Origin: Kiritimatiellia bacterium
Lineage (GTDB): Bacteria; Verrucomicrobiota; Kiritimatiellia; RFP12; UBA1067
Assembly: GCA_045545855.1 (NCBI GenBank)
Contig: JAZQBR010000324.1
Location: 1 to 47,679, forward strand
Length of the DNA stretch: 47,679 nt
Direction: 5' to 3'
The position numbers and the translations under genes are program-made. Shown here one piece after another: positions 18,624 to 27,035 of the stretch. Under the pieces are notes generated by a model. That model worked only from the letters and a program-made list of their open reading frames with translations. It had not been told where the DNA came from and did not search any database. Position 1 is the first letter of the stretch, and the number at the start of each line of letters is the position of its first letter.

Positions 18624-19901
18624 TTACTTGACCTTTGCGAGCGCCTGCTCGATATCGGCGATGAGATCGTCAGGATCCTCCAGCCCGACCGAGAACCTGA
18701 TCAGATCCGGCGGGATGCCGGCCTCCTTCAGCTGCTCGTCGGTAAGCTGGCGATGGGTGTGCGAGGCCGGGTGAAGCACGCAACTCCAGGCGTCGGCGAC
18801 ATGTGTGACGATGCCTATGAGCTTGAGAGAGTCCATAAACTTTATGGACGCCGCACGCCCGCCGCGTATGCCGAACGTCATGACGCCGCAGGGGGAATTG
18901 CCGTCGAACTGCTTCTTGACGAGCTTGTGGTACTTCGAGCCGGGGAGCCCGGCGAAGTTGACCCACGCGACCTTCTTCTGAGTCTTGAGCCACTTGGCGA
19001 TCTTGAGCGCGCTCTCGGCGTGGCGGCGTATTCTCAAGTGCAGGCTCTCAAGGCCGAGGTTCAGCAGAAAGGCGTTGAACGGCGAAGGTATCGAACCGAA
19101 GTCGCGCATCAAATGGGCCGTGCACTTCGTTATGAAGGCGAGCTGGCCGAAGGTCTTGGTGTAGCTGAGCCCGTGGTACGACGGGTCTGGCTCGACGAGC
19201 CCGGGGAACTTGTCGGCGTGGGCCGCCCAGTCGAAGTTGCCCGAGTCGACTATGCAGCCGCCAACCTGCGAAGAGTGGCCGTCCATGTACTTGGTTGTCG
19301 AGTGCATCACGATGTCTGCGCCATGCTCAATCGGGCGGCACAGAACCGGCGTAGGGAAAGTGTTGTCGACGATGAGCGGCACGCCGTTTTTATGGGCAAT
19401 CTTGGCGAACTTCGCTATGTCGAGCACACACCCGGACGGATTCGCCACCGTCTCGCCGAAGACACACTTCGTGTTGGGACGGAACGCCGCCTGTATCGTC
19501 TTTTCGTCTGCATCGGGATCGACGAAAGTGAATTCGATGCCAAGCTTCTTGAGGGAAACAGCGAAAAGGTTGAACGTGCCGCCGTAAATCTGCGCAGACG
19601 AAACAACATGGTCGCCCGCGTTGCAGAGGTTGAGCACGCAGAACGTCGATGCCGCCTGGCCTGAGCTCGTGAGAATCGCCGCCACACCGCCCTCCAGCGC
19701 CGCGATCTTCTTGGCGACCTGGTCGTTCGTCGGGTTTGCGAGACGTGTATAGAAGTACCCCGGCGCTTTCAGGTCGAAAAGGTCGGCCATGTGCTGGGTA
19801 GTGTCGTACTTGAAGGTGGTCGACGAGTAGATCGGGACCTGCCTCGGTTCGCCGCACTTGGGCGTCCATCCGCCCTGCACGCAAAGTGTATCTAGTTTCA
19901 T
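18624..19901 (-). CDS. metY: O-acetylhomoserine aminocarboxypropyltransferase/cysteine synthase
   Basis: YTRLANPT, SSGQAA, IYGGT, IVDNT, HSTTKY PLP lysine, HPASHTH. Confidence 0.93.
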   Translation of the reverse strand: MKLDTLCVQGGWTPKCGEPRQVPIYSSTTFKYDTTQHMADLFDLKAPGYFYTRLANPTNDQVAKKIAALEGGVAAILTSSGQAASTFCVLNLCNAGDHVVSSAQIYGGTFNLFAVSLKKLGIEFTFVDPDADEKTIQAAFRPNTKCVFGETVANPSGCVLDIAKFAKIAHKNGVPLIVDNTFPTPVLCRPIEHGADIVMHSTTKYMDGHSSQVGGCIVDSGNFDWAAHADKFPGLVEPDPSYHGLSYTKTFGQLAFITKCTAHLMRDFGSIPSPFNAFLLNLGLESLHLRIRRHAESALKIAKWLKTQKKVAWVNFAGLPGSKYHKLVKKQFDGNSPCGVMTFGIRGGRAASIKFMDSLKLIGIVTHVADAWSCVLHPASHTHRQLTDEQLKEAGIPPDLIRFSVGLEDPDDLIADIEQALAKVK

Positions 19902-19909
19902 AAACGCAT

Positions 19910-19939
19910 ATTATACCATATTGACCCCCGCCCCCGCAA
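19910..19939 (-). promoter_or_regulatory. Promoter for metY (leaderless or near-leaderless)
   Basis: TTGCGG (19939-19934), 18 nt, TATAAT (19915-19910) within ATATGGTATAAT, ending 8 nt before the ATG; contains the trmL TAA stop. Confidence 0.7.
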
Positions 19940-20414
19940 CAGCGCTGCCCGTCGTCAGCTGCCTAAAACACTCGTAGGCGGCGATGGATGCAGCATTAGC
20001 GAGGTTGATGCTGCGGGCGTGCTCGCCCGGCATGGGTATGCGAAAAAGCGAGTCGGTATATCTCTCGTAAAAGCCGTCCGGCAGACCCGACGACTCGTTG
20101 CCAAAAACAAGCGCGTCGCCCGGCTCGAAGCGGCAGTCGTAAAGCGATCTGCGCCCGTGCGTTGAAAGAAAGTGAAAACGCCTCGGCTTCGCGGCGGCGA
20201 GGTAATCGGCCCAGGTATCGTGAATAGCGACATCGAGATGAGGCCAGTAATCGAGCCCTGCGCGCGCGATATAGCGGTCGTCCAGCGCGAAACCGAGAGG
20301 CCTCACGAGGTGCAGCGGCACCCCGAGGCCGACGCAAAGCCGCCCGATCGCTCCAGTGTTGTGGGGTATCTCGGGGCGCAGAAGCACAACCGAAAAACAA
20401 GCCGGCCCGCTCAT
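19911..20414 (-). CDS. trmL: tRNA (cytidine/uridine-34 2'-O)-methyltransferase, SPOUT family
   Basis: [41 protein letters not shown]. Confidence 0.95.
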   Translation of the reverse strand: MSGPACFSVVLLRPEIPHNTGAIGRLCVGLGVPLHLVRPLGFALDDRYIARAGLDYWPHLDVAIHDTWADYLAAAKPRRFHFLSTHGRRSLYDCRFEPGDALVFGNESSGLPDGFYERYTDSLFRIPMPGEHARSINLANAASIAAYECFRQLTTGSAVAGAGVNMV

Positions 20415-21124
20415 TTATCTATTTTGTCCATGAGCGAAAAAATGCGCTTGAGACCCTTGCGAGCGAGAGCGCGAAGCGCGTCCAGAGACTCCTCCGTGAA
20501 CGGCTTGTGCTCCGCCGTGCCCTGAAGTTCCACGTATCGCCCATCGTCCGTCATCACAACATTCAAGTCGACCTCGGCGGTGGAGTCGTGCACATAGTCG
20601 AGATCGAGCGTGGGCTTGCCGTCGCAGACGCCAACCGACACCGCGGCGACGCGGTGTATTATGGGGTTTTCGTCGAGCGTGCCGTCGGCCAGAAGTTTGG
20701 CGACGGCGTCCTCCAGCGCGACCATGCCACCGGTAATCGAGGCGCACCTCGTGCCGCCGTCTGCCTGCAGAACGTCGCAGTCGATCGTTATCTGCCTTTC
20801 GCCCAGCTTCGACATGTCGACCGCCGCGCGCAACGAGCGCCCGACAAGGCGCTGTATCTCGGTCGAGCGCGCGTCCTGCCGCAACTTCTTTATATCGCGA
20901 TCCTTGCGTCCGCCGCCGGTCGAGGACGGCAGCATGGAATACTCGGCCGTCACCCAGCCTCTGCCGGTATCCTTCAAAAACGGCGGCACTTTATCCTCGA
21001 CACTCGCGGTGCAGAGAACCCACGTGTCGCCCCACTTGACGAGCACGCTCCCGGCGGCGTGCTTGGTGAAACCGCGCACGAATTCTATAGGGCGCAACTG
21101 ATCCTGCTTTCTCTTTGATGCCAT
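20411..21124 (-). CDS. rph: Ribonuclease PH
   Basis: [40 protein letters not shown]. Confidence 0.97.
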   Translation of the reverse strand: MASKRKQDQLRPIEFVRGFTKHAAGSVLVKWGDTWVLCTASVEDKVPPFLKDTGRGWVTAEYSMLPSSTGGGRKDRDIKKLRQDARSTEIQRLVGRSLRAAVDMSKLGERQITIDCDVLQADGGTRCASITGGMVALEDAVAKLLADGTLDENPIIHRVAAVSVGVCDGKPTLDLDYVHDSTAEVDLNVVMTDDGRYVELQGTAEHKPFTEESLDALRALARKGLKRIFSLMDKIDK

Positions 21125-21138
21125 GGCGACTACCTCCG

Positions 21139-22491
21139 TTAAAGCGACGAAAGAATGCGGCGCGCCCAGTCGCGAGCCTTTTCGAACTGTCCGAACGAGT
21201 AGCTTTCGTTCGGCGAGTGGATGCGGTCCTCGCTCTGGCCCCAGCCTACAATAAGAGGCGCGGCGCCGGAGGCGTCCTTCAGGGCCGACACCACTGGTAT
21301 CGACGCGCCGTCCCAGACGAAGACCGGGCCGCGTTCGTCCATCTCGCCCAGCACATGATCCGCCAGACGAAAGAGCGGCGAGGCCAGCGGCAGACGAAAA
21401 CCCGTCGCGCCGGGATTGTAATCTTCGATAGACATCTTCATGCCGCGCGGCACGCGATCCTCAAGATGGCGGCGCACTGCATCGAACGCGCCGCGCGGCG
21501 TCTGGCCGGGAACGAGGCGCATGGAGATCTTGGCGACTGCCTCGCACGGTATCACGGTTTTCGCGCCGGGCCCGCCATATCCGGAGTGGATGCCGTTCAC
21601 CTCGATTGTCGGCTCGAACGAGTTGCGCTGGGCGACGGTCTTGCCGAGCTGCCCGCCAACCGGCTCGCAGCCTATATCGCGCGCGAGTTCATCGTCTTTT
21701 GGCGAAAACGCCTCGGCAAGGCGGCGCTCCTCGTGCTCCGGCGAGACAATCCCGTCACTGAAGCCGAATACGGCGATTGAGCCGTCGGGGTTGTGCAGCG
21801 AGGCGACGAGCTCAGCGACAGCCTGGGCGGCGTTAGGGGCTATGCCGCCATATTCGCCGGAATGCAAGTCGCGGTTCGCCCCGGTGAGCCTGACAGTAAA
21901 ATGGGATACTCCGCGAAGCCCGGCTACGATGGCAGGCCTTAGATCCGCCGCAGCGCCGGTGTCGCAGACAAGCAGTACATCGGCCGCAAGACGGCGGCGC
22001 ATAGACGGCGCGAGCTCCTCCAGAGCCGCGCTGCCAGACTCCTCCTGCCCTTCGAGAACAACCTTGATTGTCGGCGACGGAGCGTCCGGCGGGAGCGACG
22101 AGAGATAGTCGCGCATGCCGCACAGAAAGGCGAAGAACTGGCCCTTGTCGTCCTGGGCGCCGCGGCAGTAGACGCGGCCGTCCTTTTCAGTCGGCTCGAA
22201 GGGCGGGGTCGACCACTCCGAAACGGGGTCCGGCGGCTGCACGTCGTAATGGCCGTAGAAGAGAACCGTCGCCGAGCCTTCGGCGCCAGCGCGCTCTGCA
22301 AGAAGAATCGGCGGCGCGGCCTTGCCGTCCTTTACATCGGGCATGACCAGCTCGCCGCGAAAGCCGGCGGACTCAAGCCAGGCGCGCAACCACGTCGCGC
22401 ACTCAACGCAATCGCGGAGCTTCGCAGGGTCCGCGCCGACAGACTCGAACTTGAGAAGTTCAAAGTATTCTCGCTTTGTATTTTCGTCCAT
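21139..22491 (-). CDS. M20 family dipeptidase/deacylase
   Basis: [35 protein letters not shown]. Confidence 0.92.
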   Translation of the reverse strand: MDENTKREYFELLKFESVGADPAKLRDCVECATWLRAWLESAGFRGELVMPDVKDGKAAPPILLAERAGAEGSATVLFYGHYDVQPPDPVSEWSTPPFEPTEKDGRVYCRGAQDDKGQFFAFLCGMRDYLSSLPPDAPSPTIKVVLEGQEESGSAALEELAPSMRRRLAADVLLVCDTGAAADLRPAIVAGLRGVSHFTVRLTGANRDLHSGEYGGIAPNAAQAVAELVASLHNPDGSIAVFGFSDGIVSPEHEERRLAEAFSPKDDELARDIGCEPVGGQLGKTVAQRNSFEPTIEVNGIHSGYGGPGAKTVIPCEAVAKISMRLVPGQTPRGAFDAVRRHLEDRVPRGMKMSIEDYNPGATGFRLPLASPLFRLADHVLGEMDERGPVFVWDGASIPVVSALKDASGAAPLIVGWGQSEDRIHSPNESYSFGQFEKARDWARRILSSL

Positions 22492-22497
22492 GGCGAT

Positions 22498-22509
22498 ATT
22501 ATACCAAAT
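22498..22509 (-). promoter_or_regulatory. Extended -10 promoter, predicted leaderless M20 peptidase transcript
   Basis: ATTTGGTATAAT ends 6 nt before the ATG. Confidence 0.65.
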
Positions 22510-22536
22510 CCGGACGAATCTGTGTGGCGCAAAATT

Positions 22537-23217
22537 CTACGAAATCCTGTAACCGACGCCCCGGATGGTCTCGACATGACTCGCCCACCGGCCTAGCCTG
22601 CGGCGCAGGTTCGCGATCTGCACGTCGACCGTCCGCTCGGTAACGGACTTCTCGTCATCGGAAAGAACTGCGTCGAGAATGCGTTGGCGCGTAAGTACGC
22701 GGCCTCTGTTCGCGGCGAGAAGTGCGAGAATCTTGAGCTCGCCCGGGGGCAGTCGAAGCTCCACGCCGTCAAGCGAAGCCGAACGGGAATCGCCGTCAAC
22801 CACAAGTCCGTCAAAGCCGCCGGCCGGCGACGTCGGCGCGCCGCGCCGCAGCACGGCGCGGATGCGCGCGAGAAGAACGCGTCGCTCAAACGGCTTTGTG
22901 ACATAGTCATCGGCGCCACTCTCCAGTCCGCGGATTATATCCTCGTCCTGGGTGCGGGCGGTGAGCATTATCACGCGAGTAGCCCCTAGCGCCGGATCGG
23001 CTCTGAGACGCGACGCTATCGTGAACCCGTCAAGACCAGGGAGCATGACATCCAGAAGCACTAGGTCAGGCCGGCGGCGTCTTATGTCGTCCAGCGCGTC
23101 GTCACCGCGCGCATACGAACGCACATGTACGAAACCCGCCCCGGCCAACGCCATCTCGAGAAGCGTGCGTATGGTCGCGTCATCCTCGACAATCGCAATC
23201 TGGGCCAGTTCGTCCAT
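22537..23217 (-). CDS. OmpR/PhoB-family response regulator with no adjacent kinase
   Basis: IVEDD, LLDVMLPGLDG, MLTAR, GADDYVTKPF receiver domain; RTVDVQIANLRRRL...ETIRGVGY winged helix. Confidence 0.93.
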   Translation of the reverse strand: MDELAQIAIVEDDATIRTLLEMALAGAGFVHVRSYARGDDALDDIRRRRPDLVLLDVMLPGLDGFTIASRLRADPALGATRVIMLTARTQDEDIIRGLESGADDYVTKPFERRVLLARIRAVLRRGAPTSPAGGFDGLVVDGDSRSASLDGVELRLPPGELKILALLAANRGRVLTRQRILDAVLSDDEKSVTERTVDVQIANLRRRLGRWASHVETIRGVGYRIS

Positions 23218-23220
23218 CGC

Positions 23221-23799
23221 TCAAGCGTCCTTGTCGAACAGCCCGGCGAGCTTCGCGGCGGAGGCCGAAGCCACCTTGTCGAAAAGGCTCACCCCGCGCG
23301 CGTCCATGGCGACCACCCCGCGAAAGTCTTCCACCTCGAAATGCCAACAGGCCTCGGCCGCGCCGAACTCTTCGAGAAAATCGACGCCTGCAACGCGCTT
23401 CACGGCGGCGGCAGAAAGCGCCGCCGCGCCGCCCACGGCCTGTATGTAGACACAGCCGTGATTGCGCATGGCGGCGAGAGTGCGGGAATCCATGCCACCC
23501 TTGCCAATCACTAGACGGACGCCGGACTTCGCAATGAATTCAGGCTCGTACGGATTTTCCCTCACCGATGTCGTAGGGCCGGCGGCGACGACGCGCCACT
23601 CCCCGCAGGCGCCGACAACGACTGGTCCGCAATGATATATCGCTCCGTCGCGGAAATCGACGGCAATCGGGCGCCCGTCGGCGAACCACTTATGGAACTT
23701 GTCGCGGCCGGTATGTATGATGCCATTGATCGAAACCGCGTCGCCGGCCCGAAGCCGGCGCACATCCTTCTCGCCCACAGGCAGATTTACCGTCTTCAT
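23221..23799 (-). CDS. Class I Fe-S hydro-lyase beta subunit (fumarate hydratase/tartrate dehydratase type)
   Basis: True start MKTVNLP at 23799 (ATGA overlap); TGRD, YHCGP, AGPTTS, IGKGGM. Confidence 0.9.
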   Translation of the reverse strand: MKTVNLPVGEKDVRRLRAGDAVSINGIIHTGRDKFHKWFADGRPIAVDFRDGAIYHCGPVVVGACGEWRVVAAGPTTSVRENPYEPEFIAKSGVRLVIGKGGMDSRTLAAMRNHGCVYIQAVGGAAALSAAAVKRVAGVDFLEEFGAAEACWHFEVEDFRGVVAMDARGVSLFDKVASASAAKLAGLFDKDA

Positions 23800-24647
23800 G
23801 GCGCGACCTCCATCGTGCGGCGGCGCGCGGCCCAGCACATATAGGCGACAGTTACGAAGAAGCTCGCCGGGACGCGCGGACGAGCCGCGAGCTTCACGCC
23901 CAGAAGCGTGGTCCTGCCGCCAAGCCCCATAGGGCCTACGCCTAGCGTGTTCGCCTCTGCGAGAAGCGTTTTCTCGAGCTTCGCGAGACGCTTGTCGGGC
24001 GAGCGGTCGGCGAGCGGACGCAAAAGCTGCTCTTTTGCCGTCTCGAAGCCTGTCGCGCGGTCGCCGCCTATGCAAACGCCGAGAATGCCGGGCGCGCAGC
24101 CATAGCCCTGGGTCTTGACGACGGCGTCGAGTACACATCTTCTCACGCCCTCGAGATCGCGCCCCGCCCCGAGGGAAGCGAGCGGCAAAGAGTATTGGCG
24201 CGACATGTTCTCGGAGCCGCCGCCTTTCATTATGAGCGTAACAGACGGCGGTTTTGAGGCGTCTTCGGCAGGGCGGTAGTGGACGACCGGCGCGCCATCT
24301 GCGCAATTGTCGTCATACGAGCGCCCGTCGATAGAATCGATGCAGTTTTTTCTCAGCAGCCCGCGTTCGGTAGCGATGGCGGTCGCGCGCCTTATCGCCC
24401 CGGGCGTCACGCGGCGGCGCAGCCTCTCGTCCACGAAGAATGTAAGAGTGCCGGTATCCTGGCAGAGCGGCGTCGTGCCTGTGCGCGCGAGCGCGCAGTT
24501 GTCGAGAATCGTCTTTAGAACCATTGCGGCGCTCGAGCCCCGGTCCTCGCGGCGCAGAGCCGAGCGAATCGCGCGCTCCACATCGTCAGGCAACGAAGTG
24601 CTTGTCTCCTTTATGAGACCGAAAAGACTTTCGACGATGTCGTTCAT
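23796..24647 (-). CDS. Class I Fe-S hydro-lyase alpha subunit (fumarate hydratase/tartrate dehydratase type)
   Basis: Start MNDIVESL at 24647; PLCQDTG, KGGGSEN, GCAPG, GVGPMGLGG, CWA. Confidence 0.9.
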   Translation of the reverse strand: MNDIVESLFGLIKETSTSLPDDVERAIRSALRREDRGSSAAMVLKTILDNCALARTGTTPLCQDTGTLTFFVDERLRRRVTPGAIRRATAIATERGLLRKNCIDSIDGRSYDDNCADGAPVVHYRPAEDASKPPSVTLIMKGGGSENMSRQYSLPLASLGAGRDLEGVRRCVLDAVVKTQGYGCAPGILGVCIGGDRATGFETAKEQLLRPLADRSPDKRLAKLEKTLLAEANTLGVGPMGLGGRTTLLGVKLAARPRVPASFFVTVAYMCWAARRRTMEVAP

Positions 24648-24663
24648 TCGGCACGCACCTTTC

Positions 24664-27033
24664 TCAACGGCGCATAATCTTGAGGCCGAATACACCGCCC
24701 ACGAACGATGTACGGCCATTGCCGGCGAATTTGACGGACACCTTCTTTTTACCGCGGGTCAGCTCGCGCGGCAGCTCGTAAACCCTGTCGCAGAACGCCC
24801 TGCGGTCCGGTTCCGGGCCGGAGGGTTCCGTCGCGATTTTACGTCCGTCGACATAGACGTCGAAACTGCGACCGCGGTCACCGCCGAAATAAGTCACCTC
24901 CAGGTCATTGGTCTTTAGCGGGTCCACGGCAAGCTTGTACGCGAACCAGCCGTCCCTGCCTCTCGCGTGGCGGTACTTTCTGTCGCGAAACTCGCCCGCC
25001 TCGTCGTGTGCGCCCGTATAATCGTGGTTGACCTCGCTCTGCTGGAAGCCCGGCTCGACGCTGTCGACGGTACGCTCGGCCAAAGCCGCGGCGGCCGCGA
25101 CCTCGCGCTCCAGCTCGGCACTGCGCGCCGCCCACTCTTCGGACGTCATTACCGGGAAGTACATCGTGTAATGTTCTTCATAGACCTTGTAGTAGGGCAT
25201 GAGAGGTATCGCGTTCGGCTTGAGCTTGCCGTCGACAATGGTCATCGAACGCTCGTTGGTGCCGGCCGGCGCGGCGAGATGGTCCTCCCACCGCTTCTTG
25301 GCCGGGTCGACCTTACCCTTTTCGGGCGGCATCACACCTACCATCAGCAGAGGGCCGTGCATGAACGCGGCGAACTTGCCGCCGGTGTGCTGGAGAGGCT
25401 CTAGCCTGTCGGACATCGGCAAATCGAGGCGCACGACCTCTCCGCCCCGCCACTCGCGCTCGACAACCATATAGCCGTCTTCGCCGACAAGCCCGTCGTA
25501 CGCCTCCGGGCCGGCAGACGCCGGCGCCACCTTCAGAACCGGCTTCTCGCACCAGTACGGCTTTCTGAGGCGGAGCGCAAAACGCACCGGGCGCTTCACG
25601 TTTATGCGCAGGGCGACCGTCTCGCCTTCGGGGAATTTCGTCGACTGCTCGACGAAGACGCCCTTCTCCCTCCATTCCAACGTAGTTGGCATGTAAAGAT
25701 TCACCCACAAACTGTCTTCGTCGTGAAAATACACCTGCTCGCCATAGCGCATCGGGTTCTCCATACCTGTGCCGACGCAGCACCACCACGCGCCCTCGGG
25801 CGTGGAGAACACCTTTGTCGCGACTGGCCGAGTCGACATGAAGTAGCCGAACTCGCCCGGCTTCTCGCCGATATTGGCAACGAGCTGGTTGAGAAGCGAA
25901 CGCTCGACGAAGTCCATTACATGCGCTGGCGAAATCGCGCTCTCGCCCGTACGGGCGACATCTTGGGCGGCCCAGGAGAATACATGCGCCGAGAGGCGGT
26001 GCATATTGTTGATGTTGCACGTCTCGGCCGTCTGGGGGCCGAGATGCCGCGCGGTGTCGCGCACGGGGTAGAAGTGCTCGTGATCGGAGTGTCCGCCATT
26101 GGCGAACGAGCGCTCGTCGACGACGGCGCGCCAGTATGTTTCGACAGCGCGGCGTTCGCGCGCGTCGCCGGTCATCTCGTATATTGTGGCGAGGCCGGTT
26201 ATCTTCGGCATCTGAGTGTTGGCGTGTTTGCCGTCGAGACGGTCCTCGCCGCCCCGCAGCGGATCGAATATCTCGCGGTGGTCAAACTTGCGACGCGCGA
26301 CTTCGAGGTACTTCATATCACGCGTGTCCGCCGCAAGGTCGGCAAACGTCTCGTTCAAGCCACCCCACTCGGAGCGCATGAGATACTGCATCTTGCCGTC
26401 GTCAAGGCCGCCTATGACGCCAATATACCAGTCTGCGAGACCGCGCTCTACCTCCAGCGCCTTGCGGCTGCCGGCCCAGCGGTACGCGTCGCGCAGGCCC
26501 GCGAAGACTTTGTGGATCGTGTAGTTGGGCACCCACCAGCCGCATATATCAAAGCCGCCCGCCCGAAAGTCGCCGCTCTTCACTTTGTCCCAGACTGCAT
26601 CCTGGGGTATTGTCATCACATAACCGTCGCCGTTCGCCTTCTGGCAGGCGGCAAGCTCGTCCACTATATAATCGAGCCGCTCCTTGGCGCGCGCGTCACC
26701 CGTCGCCGCATAGCACGCCGCGAGAGAAGTAAGGTAGTGGCCGAGTATGTGGCCGTTTATGCCGCCGCCCTCCCAGCGTCCGCCATATCTCTTCGCCTTT
26801 TCAGGGAGCCCCGCAACGCGGCGGAACTCCGCGAGAAGCCTGTCGGTGCGCCCCTTGTCGAGGTACTTGAGCAGATACTCCCTGTCGATATCCTGCTTCT
26901 CCTTGAACACGCCGCCCGTCACGCGAACGCGCTCCAGAGGAAACTGCCTCACCTGGTTTTCGGCGACTGCCGCGCAAACTGCGGCGGACGCCACCGCCGC
27001 GAACAATACCGCTCCCGGTTTCATCTCGCTCAT
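24664..27033 (-). CDS. Secreted beta-L-arabinofuranosidase-like glycoside hydrolase (GH127/GH146) with C-terminal accessory domain
   Basis: Signal peptide; GHILGHYL, HANTQ, ETCNINNM, WCCVGTGMEN zinc/cysteine motifs. Confidence 0.88.
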   Translation of the reverse strand: MSEMKPGAVLFAAVASAAVCAAVAENQVRQFPLERVRVTGGVFKEKQDIDREYLLKYLDKGRTDRLLAEFRRVAGLPEKAKRYGGRWEGGGINGHILGHYLTSLAACYAATGDARAKERLDYIVDELAACQKANGDGYVMTIPQDAVWDKVKSGDFRAGGFDICGWWVPNYTIHKVFAGLRDAYRWAGSRKALEVERGLADWYIGVIGGLDDGKMQYLMRSEWGGLNETFADLAADTRDMKYLEVARRKFDHREIFDPLRGGEDRLDGKHANTQMPKITGLATIYEMTGDARERRAVETYWRAVVDERSFANGGHSDHEHFYPVRDTARHLGPQTAETCNINNMHRLSAHVFSWAAQDVARTGESAISPAHVMDFVERSLLNQLVANIGEKPGEFGYFMSTRPVATKVFSTPEGAWWCCVGTGMENPMRYGEQVYFHDEDSLWVNLYMPTTLEWREKGVFVEQSTKFPEGETVALRINVKRPVRFALRLRKPYWCEKPVLKVAPASAGPEAYDGLVGEDGYMVVEREWRGGEVVRLDLPMSDRLEPLQHTGGKFAAFMHGPLLMVGVMPPEKGKVDPAKKRWEDHLAAPAGTNERSMTIVDGKLKPNAIPLMPYYKVYEEHYTMYFPVMTSEEWAARSAELEREVAAAAALAERTVDSVEPGFQQSEVNHDYTGAHDEAGEFRDRKYRHARGRDGWFAYKLAVDPLKTNDLEVTYFGGDRGRSFDVYVDGRKIATEPSGPEPDRRAFCDRVYELPRELTRGKKKVSVKFAGNGRTSFVGGVFGLKIMRR

Positions 27034-27035
27034 CC

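Noticed and set aside
19902-19940. SAM riboswitch before metY; FMN riboswitch before the rib genes
   Set aside because: No intergenic space and no conserved riboswitch sequence is visible
23221-24306. Apparent 361-aa fumarase beta ORF overlapping the alpha gene (possible frameshift fusion)
   Set aside because: The extension is Arg-rich junk; a clean ATGA-coupled start at 23799 explains it and no slippery site is evident
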